Below, piece by piece: positions 27,501 through 42,500 of a stretch of DNA of 64,000 nucleotides (its first letter is position 1; each line of letters starts with the position of its first letter). The stretch covers positions 24,329 through 88,328 of the forward strand of contig JAUCBJ010006846.1 in the NCBI GenBank assembly GCA_032718475.1, written 5' to 3'. The DNA comes from Nemertoderma westbladi (taxonomy: Eukaryota; Animalia; Xenacoelomorpha). A program made the position numbers and the translations under genes. The notes under the pieces were generated by a model that saw only the letters and a program-made list of their open reading frames with translations, made no database searches and had not been told where the DNA came from.

Positions 27501-30500
27501 GGATTCTGTTGTCACTCGATTCGATTATAATTAGTTTGAAAAACCTCACTGTTAATTATGCTCTCAAACTACATAGGATTCTGTTGTCACTCGATTCGAT
27601 TAAATTAGGTTGAAGAACCTCACTGTTAATTATGATCTCAAACTACATAGGATTCTGTTGTCACTCGATTCGATTCTAATTAGGTTGAAGAACCTCACTG
27701 TTAATTATGCTCTCAAACTACATAGGATTCTGTTGTCACTCGATTCGATTCTAATTAGGTTGAAGAACCTCAATGTTAATTATGCTCTCAAACTACATAG
27801 GATTCTGTTGTCACTCGATTCGATTCTAATTAGGTTGAAGAACCTCACTGTTAATTATGATTTCAAACTACATAGGATTCTGTTGTCACGATTCGATTCT
27901 AATTAGTTTGAAGAACCTCACTGTTAATTATGCTCTCAAACTACATAGGATTCTGTTGTCACGATTCGATTCTAATTAGTTTGAAGAACCTCACTGCTAA
28001 TTATGCTCTCAAACTACATAGGATTCTGTTGTCGCGATTCGATTCTAATTAGTTTGAAGAACCTCACTGCTAATTATGCTCTCAAACTACATAGGATTCT
28101 GTTGTCACGATTCGATTCTAATTAGTTTGAAGAACCTCACTGCTAATTATGCTCTCAAACTACATAGGATTCTGTTGTCACTCGATTCGAATCTAATTAG
28201 GTTGAAGAACCTCACTGTTAATTATGATCTCAAACTACATAGGATTCTGTTGTCACTCGATTCGATTCTAATTAGGTTGAAGAACCTCACTGTTAATTAT
28301 GCTCTCAAACTACATAGGATTCTGTTGTCACGATTCGATTATAATTAGTTTGAAGAACCTCACTGTTAATTATGATCTCAAACTACACAGGATTCTGTTG
28401 TCACGATTCGATTATAATTAGTTTGAAGAACCTCACTGCTAATTATGCTCTCAAAATACATAGGATTCTGTTGTCACACGATTCGATTCTAATTAGGTTG
28501 AAGAACCTCACTGTTAATTATGCTCTCAAACTACATAGGATTCTGTTGTCACTCGATTCGATTATAATTAGTTTGAAGAACCTCACTGCTAATTATGCTC
28601 TCAAACTACATAGGATTCTGTTGTCACTCGATTCGATTCTAATTAGTTTGAAGAACCTCACTGTTAATTATGCTCTCAGATTACATAGGATTCTGTTGTC
28701 ACTCGATTCGATTATAATTAGTTTGAAGAACCTCACTGTTAATTATGCTCTCAAACTACATAGGATTCTGTTGTCACTCGATTCGATTCTAATTAGTTTG
28801 AAGAACCTCACTGATAATTATGCTCTCAAATTACATAGGATTCTGTTGTCACTCGATTCGATTCTAATTAGTTTGAAGAACCTCACTGATAATTATGCTC
28901 TCAAACTACATAGGATTCTGTTGTCACTCGATTCGATTCTAATTAGTTTGAAGAACCTCACTGTTAATTATGATCTCAAACTACATAGGATTCTGTTGTC
29001 ACTCGATTCGATTCTAATTAGGTTGAAGAACCTCACTGTTAATTATGCTCTCAAACTACATAGGATTCTGTTGTCACTCGATTCGATTCTAATTAGTTTG
29101 AAGAACCTCACTGTTAATTATGATCTCAAACTACATAGGATTCTGTTGTCACACGATTCGATTCTAATTAGTTTGAAGAACCTCACTGATAATTATGCTC
29201 TCAAACTACATAGGATTCTGTTGTCACTCGATTCGATTCTAATTAGTTTGAAGAACCTCACTGATAATTATGCTCTCAAATTACATAGGATTATGTTGTC
29301 ACTCGATTCGATTCTAATTAGTTTGAAGAACCTCACTGATAATTATGCTCTCAAACTACATAGGATTCTGTTGTCACTCGATTCGATTCTAATTAGTTTG
29401 AAGAACCTCACTGCTAATTATGCTCTCAAACTACATAGGATTCTGTTGTCACGATTCGATTATAACTAGGTTGAAGAACCTCACTGTTAATTATGCTCTC
29501 AAACTACATAGGATTCTGTTGTCACGATTCGATTCTAATTAGTTTGAAGAACCTCACTGTTAATTATGCTCTCAAACTACATAGGATTCTGTTGTCACTC
29601 GATTCGATTCTAATTAGGTTGAAGAACCTCACTGTTAATTATGCTCTCAAACTACATAGGATTCTGTTGTCACTCGATTCGATTCTAATTAGTTTGAAGA
29701 ACCTCACTGTTAATTATGATCTCAAACTACATAGGATTCTGTTGTCACACGATTCGATTCTAATTAGTTTGAAGAACCTCACTGATAATTATGCTCTCAA
29801 ACTACATAGGATTCTGTTGTCACTCGATTCGATTCTAATTAGTTTGAAGAACCTCACTGATAATTATGCTCTCAAATTACATAGGATTATGTTGTCACTC
29901 GATTCGATTCTAATTAGTTTGAAGAACCTCACTGATAATTATGCTCTCAAACTACATAGGATTCTGTTGTCACTCGATTCGATTCTAATTAGTTTGAAGA
30001 ACCTCACTGCTAATTATGCTCTCAAACTACATAGGATTCTGTTGTCACGATTCGATTATAACTAGGTTGAAGAACCTCACTGTTAATTATGCTCTCAAAC
30101 TACATAGGATTCTGTTGTCACGATTCGATTCTAATTAGTTTGAAGAACCTCACTGTTAATTATGCTCTCAAACTACATAGGATTCTGTTGTCACTCGATT
30201 CGATTCTAATTAGGTTGAAGAACCTCACTGTTAATTATGCTCTCAAACTACATAGGATTCTGTTGTCACTCGATTCGATTCTAATTAGTTTGAAGAACCT
30301 CACTGATAATTATGCTCTCAAACTACATAGGATTCTGTTGTCACTCGATTCGATTCTAATTAGTTTGAAAAACCTCACTGCTAATTATGCTCTCAAACTA
30401 CATAGGATTCTGTTGTCACTCGATTCGATTATAATTAGTTTGAAGAACCTCACTGTTAATTATACTCTCAAACTACATAGGATTCTGTTGTCACTCGATT

Positions 30501-33500
30501 CGATTCTAATTAGGTTGAAGAACCTCACTGTTAATTATGCTCTCAAACTACATAGGATTCTGTTGTCACTCGATTCGATTATAATTAGTTTGAAAAACCT
30601 CACTGTTAATTATGCTCTCAAACTACATAGGATTCTGTTGTCACTCGATTCGATTCTAATTAGGTTGAAGAACCTCACTGTTAATTATGCTCTCAAACTA
30701 CATAGGATTCTGTTGTCACTCGATTCGATTATAATTAGTTTGTAAAACCTCACTGTTAATTATGCTCTCAAACTACATAGGATTCTGTTGTCACACGATT
30801 CGATTCTAATTAGTTTGAAGAACCTCACTGTTAATTATACTCTCAAACTACATAGGATTCTGTTGTCACTCGATTCGATTCTAATTAGGTTGAAGAACCT
30901 CACTGTTAATTATGCTCTCAAACTACATAGGATTCTGTTGTCACACGATTCGATTCTAATTAGTTTGAAGAACCTCACTGTTAATTATACTCTCAAACTA
31001 CATAGGATTCTGTTGTCACTCGATTCGATTCTAATTAGGTTGAAGAACCTCACTGTTAATTATGCTCTCAAACTACATAGGATTCTGTTGTCACTCGATT
31101 CGATTCTAATTAGGTTGAAGAACCTCACTGTTAATTATGCTCTCAAACTACATAGGATTCTGTTGTCACTCGATTCGATTAAATTAGGTTGAAGAACCTC
31201 ACTGTTAATTATGATCTCAAACTACATAGGATTCTGTTGTCACTCGATTCGATTCTAATTAGGTTGAAGAACCTCACTGTTAATTATGCTCTCAAACTAC
31301 ATAGGATTCTGTTGTCACTCGATTCGATTCTAATTAGGTTGAAGAACCTCAATGTTAATTATGCTCTCAAACTACATAGGATTCTGTTGTCACTCGATTC
31401 GATTCTAATTAGGTTGAAGAACCTCACTGTTAATTATGATCTCAAACTACATAGGATTCTGTTGTCACGATTCGATTCTAATTAGTTTGAAGAACCTCAC
31501 TGTTAATTATGCTCTCAAACTACATAGGATTCTGTTGTCACGATTCGATTCTAATTAGTTTGAAGAACCTCACTGCTAATTATGCTCTCAAACTACATAG
31601 GATTCTGTTGTCGCGATTCGATTCTAATTAGTTTGAAGAACCTCACTGCTAATTATGCTCTCAAACTACATAGGATTCTGTTGTCACGATTCGATTCTAA
31701 TTAGTTTGAAGAACCTCACTGCTAATTATGCTCTCAAACTACATAGGATTCTGTTGTCACTCGATTCGAATCTAATTAGGTTGAAGAACCTCACTGTTAA
31801 TTATGATCTCAAACTACATAGGATTCTGTTGTCACTCGATTCGATTCTAATTAGGTTGAAGAACCTCACTGTTAATTATGCTCTCAAACTACATAGGATT
31901 CTGTTGTCACGATTCGATTATAATTAGTTTGAAGAACCTCACTGTTAATTATGATCTCAAACTACACAGGATTCTGTTGTCACGATTCGATTATAATTAG
32001 TTTGAAGAACCTCACTGTTAATTATGATCTCAAACTACACAGGATTCTGTTGTCACTCGATTCGATTATAATTAGTTTGAAGAACCTCACTGTTAATTAT
32101 GATCTCAAACTACATAGAATTCTGTTGTCACTCGATTCGATTCTAATTAGGTTGAAGAACCTCACTGTTAATTATGCTCTCAAACTACATAGGATTCTGT
32201 TGTCACTCGATTCGATTCTAATTAGGTTGAAGAACCTCACTGTTAATTATGCTCTCAAACTACATAGGATTCTGTTGTCACGATTCGATTCTAATTAGTT
32301 TGAAGAACCTCACTGCTAATTATGCTCTCAAACTACATAGGATTCTGTTGTCACTCGATTCGAATCTAATTAGGTTGAAGAACCTCACTGTTAATTATGA
32401 TCTCAAACTACATAGGATTCTGTTGTCACTCGATTCGATTCTAATTAGGTTGAAGAACCTCACTGTTAATTATGCTCTCAAACTACATAGGATTCTGTTG
32501 TCACGATTCGATTATAATTAGTTTGAAGAACCTCACTGTTAATTATGATCTCAAACTACACAGGATTCTGTTGTCACGATTCGATTATAATTAGTTTGAA
32601 GAACCTCACTGTTAATTATGCTCTCAAACTACATAGGATTCTGTTGTCACTCGATTCGATTCTAATTAGTTTGAAGAACCTCACTGTTAATTATGCTCTC
32701 AAACTACATAGGATTCTGTTGTCACGATTCGATTCTAATTAGTTTGAAGAACCTCACTGCTAATTATGCTCTCAAACTACATAGGATTCTGTTGTCACTC
32801 GATTCGATTATAATTAGTTTGAAGAACCTCACTGCTAATTATGCTCTCAAACTACATAGGATTCTGTTGTCACTCGATTCGATTCTAATTAGTTTGAAGA
32901 ACCTCACTGTTAATTATGCTCTCAAATTACATAGGATTCTGTTGTCACTCGATTCGATTATAATTAGTTTGAAGAACCTCACTGTTAATTATGCTCTCAA
33001 ACTACATAGGATTCTGTTGTCACTCGATTCGATTCTAATTAGTTTGAAGAACCTCACTGATAATTATGCTCTCAAATTACATAGGATTCTGTTGTCACTC
33101 GATTCGATTCTAATTAGTTTGAAGAACCTCACTGATAATTATGCTCTCAAACTACATAGGATTCTGTTGTCACTCGATTCGATTCTAATTAGTTTGAAGA
33201 ACCCCACTGTTAATTATGCTCTCAAACTACATAGGATTCTGTTGTCACACGATTCGATTCTAATTAGTTTGAAGAACCTCACTGTTAATTATGCTCTCAA
33301 ACTAAATAGGATTCTGTTGTCACACGATTCGATTCTAATTAGTTTGAAGAACCTCACTGATAATTATGCTCTCAAATTACATAGGATTCTGTTGTCACTC
33401 GATTCGATTCTAATTAGTTTGAAGAACCTCACTGATAATTATGCTCTCAAACTACATAGGATTCTGTTGTCACTCGATTCGATTCTAATTAGTTTGAAGA

Positions 33501-36500
33501 ACCTCACTGTTAATTATGCTCTCAAACTACATAGGATTCTGTTGTCACACGATTCGATTCTAATTAGTTTGAAGAACCTCACTGATAATTATGCTCTCAA
33601 ACTACATAGGATTCTGTTGTCACTCGATTCGATTCTAATTAGTTTGAAGAACCTCACTGTTAATTATGCTCTCAAACTACATAGGATTCTGTTGTCACAC
33701 GATTCGATTCTAATTAGTTTGAAGAACCTCACTGATAATTATGCTCTCAAACTACATAGGATTCTGTTGTCACTCGATTCGATTATAATTAGTTTGAAGA
33801 ACCTCACTGTTAATTATGCTCTCAAACTACATAGGATTCTGTTGTCACACGATTCGATTCTAATTAGTTTGAAGAACCTCACTGTTAATTATGCTCTCAA
33901 ACTACATAGGATTCTGTTGTCACACGATTCGATTCTAATTAGTTTGAAGAACCTCACTGATAATTATGCTCTCAAACTACATAGGATTCTGTTGTCACAC
34001 GATTCGATTCTAATTAGTTTGAAGAACCTCACTGATAATTATGCTCTCAAACTACATAGGATTCTGTTGTCACTCGATTCGATTCTAATTAGTTTGAAGA
34101 ACCTCACTGTTAATTATGCTCTCAAACTACATAGGATTCTGTTGTCACTCGATTCGATTATAATTAGTTTGAAGAACCTCACTGTTAATTATGCTCTCAA
34201 ACTACATAGGATTCTGTTGTCACACGATTCGATTCTAATTAGTTTGAAGAACCTCACTGTTAATTATGCTCTCAAACTACATAGGATTCTGTTGTCACAC
34301 GATTCGATTCTAATTAGTTTGAAGAACCTCACTGATAATTATGCTCTCAAACTACATAGGATTCTGTTGTCACACGATTCGATTCTAATTAGTTTGAAGA
34401 ACCTCACTGATAATTATGCTCTCAAACTACATAGGATTCTGTTGTCACTCGATTCGATTCTAATTAGTTTGAAGAACCTCACTGTTAATTATGCTCTCAA
34501 ACTACATAGGATTCTGTTGTCACACGATTCGATTCTAATTAGTTTGAAGAACCTCACTGATAATTATGCTCTCAAACTACATAGGATTCTGTTGTCACTC
34601 GATTCGATTCTAATTAGTTTGAAGAACCTCACTGATAATTATGCTCTCAAATTACATAGGATTATGTTGTCACTCGATTCGATTCTAACTAGGTTGAAGA
34701 ACCTCACTGATAATTATGCTCTCAAACTACATAGGATTCTGTTGTCACTCGATTCGATTCTAATTAGTTTGAAGAACCTCACTGATAATTATGCTCTCAA
34801 ACTACATAGGATTCTGTTGTCACTCGATTCGATTCTAATTAGTTTGAAGAACCTCACTGCTAATTATGCTCTCAAACTACATAGGATTCTGTTGTCACTC
34901 GATTCGATTCTAATTAGGTTGAAGAACCTCACTGTTAATTATGATCTCAAACTACATAGGATTCTGTTGTCACTCGATTCGATTCTAATTAGTTTGAAGA
35001 ACCTCACTGATAATTATGCTCTCAAACTACATAGGATTCTGTTGTCACACGATTCGATTCTAATTAGTTTGAAGAACCTCACTGTTAATTATGCTCTCAA
35101 ACTACATAGGATTCTGTTGTCACACGATTCGATTCTAATTAGTTTGAAGAACCTCACTGATAATTATGCTCTCAAACTACATAGGATTCTGTTGTCACTC
35201 GATTCGATTCTAATTAGTTTGAAGAACCTCACTGATAATTATGCTCTCAAATTACATAGGATTATGTTGTCACTCGATTCGATTCTAATTAGGTTGAAGA
35301 ACCTCGCTGATAATTATGCTCTCAAACTACATAGGATTCTGTTGTCACTCGATTCGATTCTAATTAGTTTGAAGAACCTCACTGATAATTATGCTCTCAA
35401 ACTACATAGGATTCTGTTGTCACTCGATTCGATTCTAATTAGTTTGAAGAACCTCACTGCTAATTATGCTCTCAAACTACATAGGATTCTGTTGTCACTC
35501 GATTCGATTCTAATTAGGTTGAAGAACCTCACTGTTAATTATGATCTCAAACTACATAGGATTCTGTTGTCACTCGATTCGATTCTAATTAGTTTGAAGA
35601 ACCTCACTGATAATTATGCTCTCAAACTACATAGGATTCTGTTGTCACACGATTCGATTCTAATTAGTTTGAAGAACCTCACTGTTAATTATGCTCTCAA
35701 ACTACATAGGATTCTGTTGTCACACGATTCGATTCTAATTAGTTTGAAGAACCTCACTGATAATTATGCTCTCAAACTACATAGGATTCTGTTGTCACAC
35801 GATTCGATTCTAATTAGTTTGAAGAACCTCACTGATAATTATGCTCTCAAACTACATAGGATTTTGTTGTCACTCGATTCGATTCTAATTAGTTTGAAGA
35901 ACCTCACTGTTAATTATGCTCTCAAACTACATAGGATTCTGTTGTCACACGATTCGATTCTAATTAGTTTGAAGAACCTCACTGATAATTATGCTCTCAA
36001 ACTACATAGGATTCTGTTGTCACTCGATTCGATTCTAATTAGTTTGAAGAACCTCACTGATAATTATGCTCTCAAACTACATAGGATTCTGTTGTCACTC
36101 GATTCGATTCTAATTAGTTTGAAGAACCTCACTGCTAATTATGCTCTCAAACTACATAGGATTCTGTTGTCACTCGATTCGATTCAAATTAGGTTGAAGA
36201 ACCTCACTGTTAATTATGCTCTCAAACTACATAGGATTCTGTTGTCACTCGATTCGATTTTAATTAGTTTGAAGAACCTCACTGATAATTATGCTCTCAA
36301 ACTACATAGGATTCTGTTGTCACTCGATTCGATTATAATTAGTTTGAAGAACCTCACTGTTAATTATGCTCTCAAACTACATAGGATTCTGTTGTCACTC
36401 GATTCGATTCTAATTAGGTTGAAGAACCTCACTGTTAATTATGCTCTCAAACTACATAGGATTCTGTTGTCACTCGATTCGATTATAATTAGTTTGAAGA

Positions 36501-39500
36501 ACCTCACTGTTAATTATGCTCTCAAACTACATAGGATTCTGTTGTCACTCGATTCGATTAAATTAGGTTGAAGAACCTCACTGCTAATTATGCTCTCAAA
36601 CTACATAGGATTCTGTTGTCACTCGATTCGATTCTAATTAGGTTGAAGAACCTCACTGTTAATTATGCTCTCAAACTACATAGGATTCTGTTGTCACTCG
36701 ATTCGATTCTAATTAGGTTGAAGAACCTCACTGTTAATTATGATCTCAAACTACATAGGATTCTGTTGTCACGATTCGATTCTAATTAGTTTGAAGAACC
36801 TCACTGTTAATTATGCTCTCAAACTACATAGGATTCTGTTGTCACGATTCGATTCTAATTAGTTTGAAGAACCTCACTGTTAATTATGCTCTCAAACTAC
36901 ATAGGATTCTGTTGTCACGATTCGATTCTAATTAGTTTGAAGAACCTCACTGTTAATTATGATCTCAAACTACATAGGATTCTGTTGTCACTCGATTCGA
37001 TTCTAATTAGGTTGAAGAACCTCACTGTTAATTATGCTCTCAAACTACATAGGATTCTGTTGTCACGATTCGATTATAATTAGTTTGAAGAACCTCACTG
37101 TTAATTATGATCTCAAACTACACAGGATTCTGTTGTCACGATTCGATTATAATTAGTTTGAAGAACCTCACGGTTAATTATGATCTCAAACTACATAGGA
37201 TTCTGTTGTCACTCGATTCGATTCTAATTAGGTTGAAGAACCTCACTGTTAATTATGCTCTCAAACTACATAGGATTCTGTTGTCACTCGATTCGATTCT
37301 AATTAGGTTGAAGAACCTCACTGTTAATTATGCTCTCAAACTACATAGGATTCTGTTGTCACTCGATTCGATTCTAATTAGTTTGAAGAACCTCACTGTT
37401 AATTATGATCTCAAACTACATAGGATTCTGTTGTCACTCGATTCGATTCTAATTAGGTTGAAGAACCTCACTGTTAATTATGCTCTCAAACTACATAGGA
37501 TTCTGTTGTCACGATTCGATTCTAATTAGGTTGAAGAACCTCACTGTTAATTATGATCTCAAACTACATAGGATTCTGTTGTCACTCGATTCGATTCTAA
37601 TTAGGTTGAAGAACCTCACTGTTAATTATGCTCTCAAATTACATAGGATTCTGTTGTCACTCGATTCGATTCTAATTAGGTTGAAGAACCTCACTGTTAA
37701 TTATGCTCTCAAACTACATAGGATTCTGTTGTCACTCGATTCGATTCTAATTAGGTTGAAGAACCTCACTGATAATTATGCTCTCAAATTACATAGGATT
37801 CTGTTGTCACTCGATTCGATTCTAATTAGTTTGAAGAACCTCACTGCTAATTATGCTCTCAAACTACATAGGATTCTGTTGTCACTCGATTCGATTATAA
37901 TTAGTTTGAAGAACCTCACTGCTAATTATGCTCTCAAACTACATAGGATTCTGTTGTCACTCGATTCGATTATAATTAGTTTGAAGAACCTCACTGCTAA
38001 TTATGCTCTCAAACTACATAGGATTCTGTTGTCACTCGATTCGATTCTAATTAGTTTGAAAAACCTCACTGCTAATTATGCTCTCAAACTACATAGGATT
38101 CTGTTGTCACTCGATTCGATTCTAATTAGTTTGAAGAACCTCACTGCTAATTATGCTCTCAAACTACATAGGATTCTGTTGTCACTCGATTCGATTATAA
38201 TTAGTTTGAAGAACCTCACTGCTAATTATGCTCTCAAACTACATAGGATTCTGTTGTCACTCGATTCGATTCTAATTAGTTTGAAGAACCTCACTGTTAA
38301 TTATGCTCTCAGATTACATAGGATTCTGTTGTCACTCGATTCGATTATAATTAGTTTGAAGAACCTCACTGTTAATTATGCTCTCAAACTACATAGGATT
38401 CTGTTGTCACTCGATTCGATTCTAATTAGTTTGAAGAACCTCACTGATAATTATGCTCTCAAATTACATAGGATTCTGTTGTCACTCGATTCGATTCTAA
38501 TTAGTTTGAAGAACCTCACTGATAATTATGCTCTCAAACTACATAGGATTCTGTTGTCACTCGATTCGATTCTAATTAGTTTGAAGAACCTCACTGTTAA
38601 TTATGCTCTCAAACTACATAGGATTCTGTTGTCACACGATTCGATTCTAATTAGTTTGAAGAACCTCACTGTTAATTATGCTCTCAAACTACAGAGGATT
38701 CTGTTGTCACACGATTCGATTCTAATTAGTTTGAAGAACCTCACTGATAATTATGCTCTCAAATTACATAGGATTCTGTTGTCACTCGATTCGATTCTAA
38801 TTAGTTTGAAGAACCTCACTGATAATTATGCTCTCAAACTACATAGGATTCTGTTGTCACTCGATTCGATTCTAATTAGTTTGAAGAACCTCACTGTTAA
38901 TTATGCTCTCAAACTACATAGGATTCTGTTGTCACACGATTCGATTCTAATTAGTTTGAAGAACCTCACTGATAATTATGCTCTCAAACTACATAGGATT
39001 CTGTTGTCACTCGATTCGATTCTAATTAGTTTGAAGAACCTCACTGTTAATTATGCTCTCAAACTACATAGGATTCTGATGTCACACGATTCGATTCTAA
39101 TTAGTTTGAAGAACCTCACTGATAATTATGCTCTCAAACTACATAGGATTCTGTTGTCACTCGATTCGATTATAATTAGTTTGAAGAACCTCACTGTTAA
39201 TTATGCTCTCAAACTACATAGGATTCTGTTGTCACACGATTCGATTCTAATTAGTTTGAAGAACCTCACTGTTAATTATGCTCTCAAACTACATAGGATT
39301 CTGTTGTCACACGATTCGATTCTAATTAGTTTGAAGAACCTCACTGATAATTATGCTCTCAAACTACATAGGATTCTGTTGTCACACGATTCGATTCTAA
39401 TTAGTTTGAAGAACCTCACTGATAATTATGCTCTCAAACTACATAGGATTCTGTTGTCACTCGATTCGATTCTAATTAGTTTGAAGAACCTCACTGTTAA

Positions 39501-42500
39501 TTATGCTCTCAAACTACATAGGATTCTGTTGTCACACGATTCGATTCTAATTAGTTTGAAGAACCTCACTGATAATTATGCTCTCAAACTACATAGGATT
39601 CTGTTGTCACTCGATTCGATTCTAATTAGTTTGAAGAACCTCACTGATAATTATGCTCTCAAATTACATAGGATTATGTTGTCACTCGATTCGATTCTAA
39701 TTAGTTTGAAGAACCTCACTGATAATTATGCTCTCAAACTACATAGGATTCTGTTGTCACTCGATTCGATTCTAATTAGGTTGAAGAACCTCACTGATAA
39801 TTATGCTCTCAAACTACATAGGATTCTGTTGTCACTCGATTCGATTCTAATTAGGTTGAAGAACCTCACTGATAATTATGCTCTCAAACTACATAGGATT
39901 CTGTTGTCACTCGATTCGATTCTAATTAGTTTGAAGAACCTCACTGATAATTATGCTCTCAAACTACATAGGATTCTGTTGTCACTCGATTCGATTCTAA
40001 TTAGTTTGAAGAACCTCACTGCTAATTATGCTCTCAAACTACATAGGATTCTGTTGTCACTCGATTCGATTCTAATTAGGTTGAAGAACCTCACTGTTAA
40101 TTATGATCTCAAACTACATAGGATTCTGTTGTCACTCGATTCGATTCTAATTAGGTTGAAGAACCTCACTGATAATTATGCTCTCAAACTACATAGGATT
40201 CTGTTGTCACTCGATTCGATTCTAATTAGTTTGAAGAACCTCACTGATAATTATGCTCTCAAACTACATAGGATTCTGTTGTCTCTCGATTCGATTCTAA
40301 TTAGTTTGAAGAACCTCACTGATAATTATGCTCTCAAACTACATAGGATTCTGTTGTCACTCGATTCGATTCTAATTAGGTTGAAGAACCTCACTGTTAA
40401 TTATGCTCTCAAACTACATAGGATTCTGTTGTCACTCGATTCGATTCTAATTAGTTTGAAGAACCTCACTGATAATTATGCTCTCAAACTACATAGGATT
40501 CTGTTGTCACTCGATTCGATTCTAATTAGTTTGAAGAACCTCACTGCTAATTATGCTCTCAAACTACATAGGATTCTGTTGTCACTCGATTCGATTATAA
40601 TTAGTTTGAAGAACCTCACTGCTAATTATGCTCTCAAACTACATAGGATTCTGTTGTCACTCGATTCGATTATAATTAGTTTGAAGAACCTCACTGCTAA
40701 TTATGCTCTCAAACTACATAGGATTCTGTTGTCACTCGATTCGATTCTAATTAGTTTGAAAAACCTCACTGCTAATTATGCTCTCAAACTACATAGGATT
40801 CTGTTGTCACTCGATTCGATTCTAATTAGTTTGAAGAACCTCACTGCTAATTATGCTCTCAAACTACATAGGATTCTGTTGTCACTCGATTCGATTATAA
40901 TTAGTTTGAAGAACCTCACTGCTAATTATGCTCTCAAACTACATAGGATTCTGTTGTCACTCGATTCGATTCTAATTAGTTTGAAGAACCTCACTGTTAA
41001 TTATGCTCTCAGATTACATAGGATTCTGTTGTCACTCGATTCGATTATAATTAGTTTGAAGAACCTCACTGTTAATTATGCTCTCAAACTACATAGGATT
41101 CTGTTGTCACTCGATTCGATTCTAATTAGTTTGAAGAACCTCACTGATAATTATGCTCTCAAATTACATAGGATTCTGTTGTCACTCGATTCGATTCTAA
41201 TTAGTTTGAAGAACCTCACTGATAATTATGCTCTCAAACTACATAGGATTCTGTTGTCACTCGATTCGATTCTAATTAGTTTGAAGAACCTCACTGTTAA
41301 TTATGCTCTCAAACTACATAGGATTCTGTTGTCACACGATTCGATTCTAATTAGTTTGAAGAACCTCACTGTTAATTATGCTCTCAAACTACAGAGGATT
41401 CTGTTGTCACACGATTCGATTCTAATTAGTTTGAAGAACCTCACTGATAATTATGCTCTCAAATTACATAGGATTCTGTTGTCACTCGATTCGATTCTAA
41501 TTAGTTTGAAGAACCTCACTGATAATTATGCTCTCAAACTACATAGGATTCTGTTGTCACTCGATTCGATTCTAATTAGTTTGAAGAACCTCACTGTTAA
41601 TTATGCTCTCAAACTACATAGGATTCTGTTGTCACACGATTCGATTCTAATTAGTTTGAAGAACCTCACTGATAATTATGCTCTCAAACTACATAGGATT
41701 CTGTTGTCACTCGATTCGATTCTAATTAGTTTGAAGAACCTCACTGTTAATTATGCTCTCAAACTACATAGGATTCTGATGTCACACGATTCGATTCTAA
41801 TTAGTTTGAAGAACCTCACTGATAATTATGCTCTCAAACTACATAGGATTCTGTTGTCACTCGATTCGATTATAATTAGTTTGAAGAACCTCACTGTTAA
41901 TTATGCTCTCAAACTACATAGGATTCTGTTGTCACACGATTCGATTCTAATTAGTTTGAAGAACCTCACTGTTAATTATGCTCTCAAACTACATAGGATT
42001 CTGTTGTCACACGATTCGATTCTAATTAGTTTGAAGAACCTCACTGATAATTATGCTCTCAAACTACATAGGATTCTGTTGTCACACGATTCGATTCTAA
42101 TTAGTTTGAAGAACCTCACTGATAATTATGCTCTCAAACTACATAGGATTCTGTTGTCACTCGATTCGATTCTAATTAGTTTGAAGAACCTCACTGTTAA
42201 TTATGCTCTCAAACTACATAGGATTCTGTTGTCACACGATTCGATTCTAATTAGTTTGAAGAACCTCACTGATAATTATGCTCTCAAACTACATAGGATT
42301 CTGTTGTCACTCGATTCGATTCTAATTAGTTTGAAGAACCTCACTGATAATTATGCTCTCAAATTACATAGGATTATGTTGTCACTCGATTCGATTCTAA
42401 TTAGTTTGAAGAACCTCACTGATAATTATGCTCTCAAACTACATAGGATTCTGTTGTCACTCGATTCGATTCTAATTAGGTTGAAGAACCTCACTGATAA

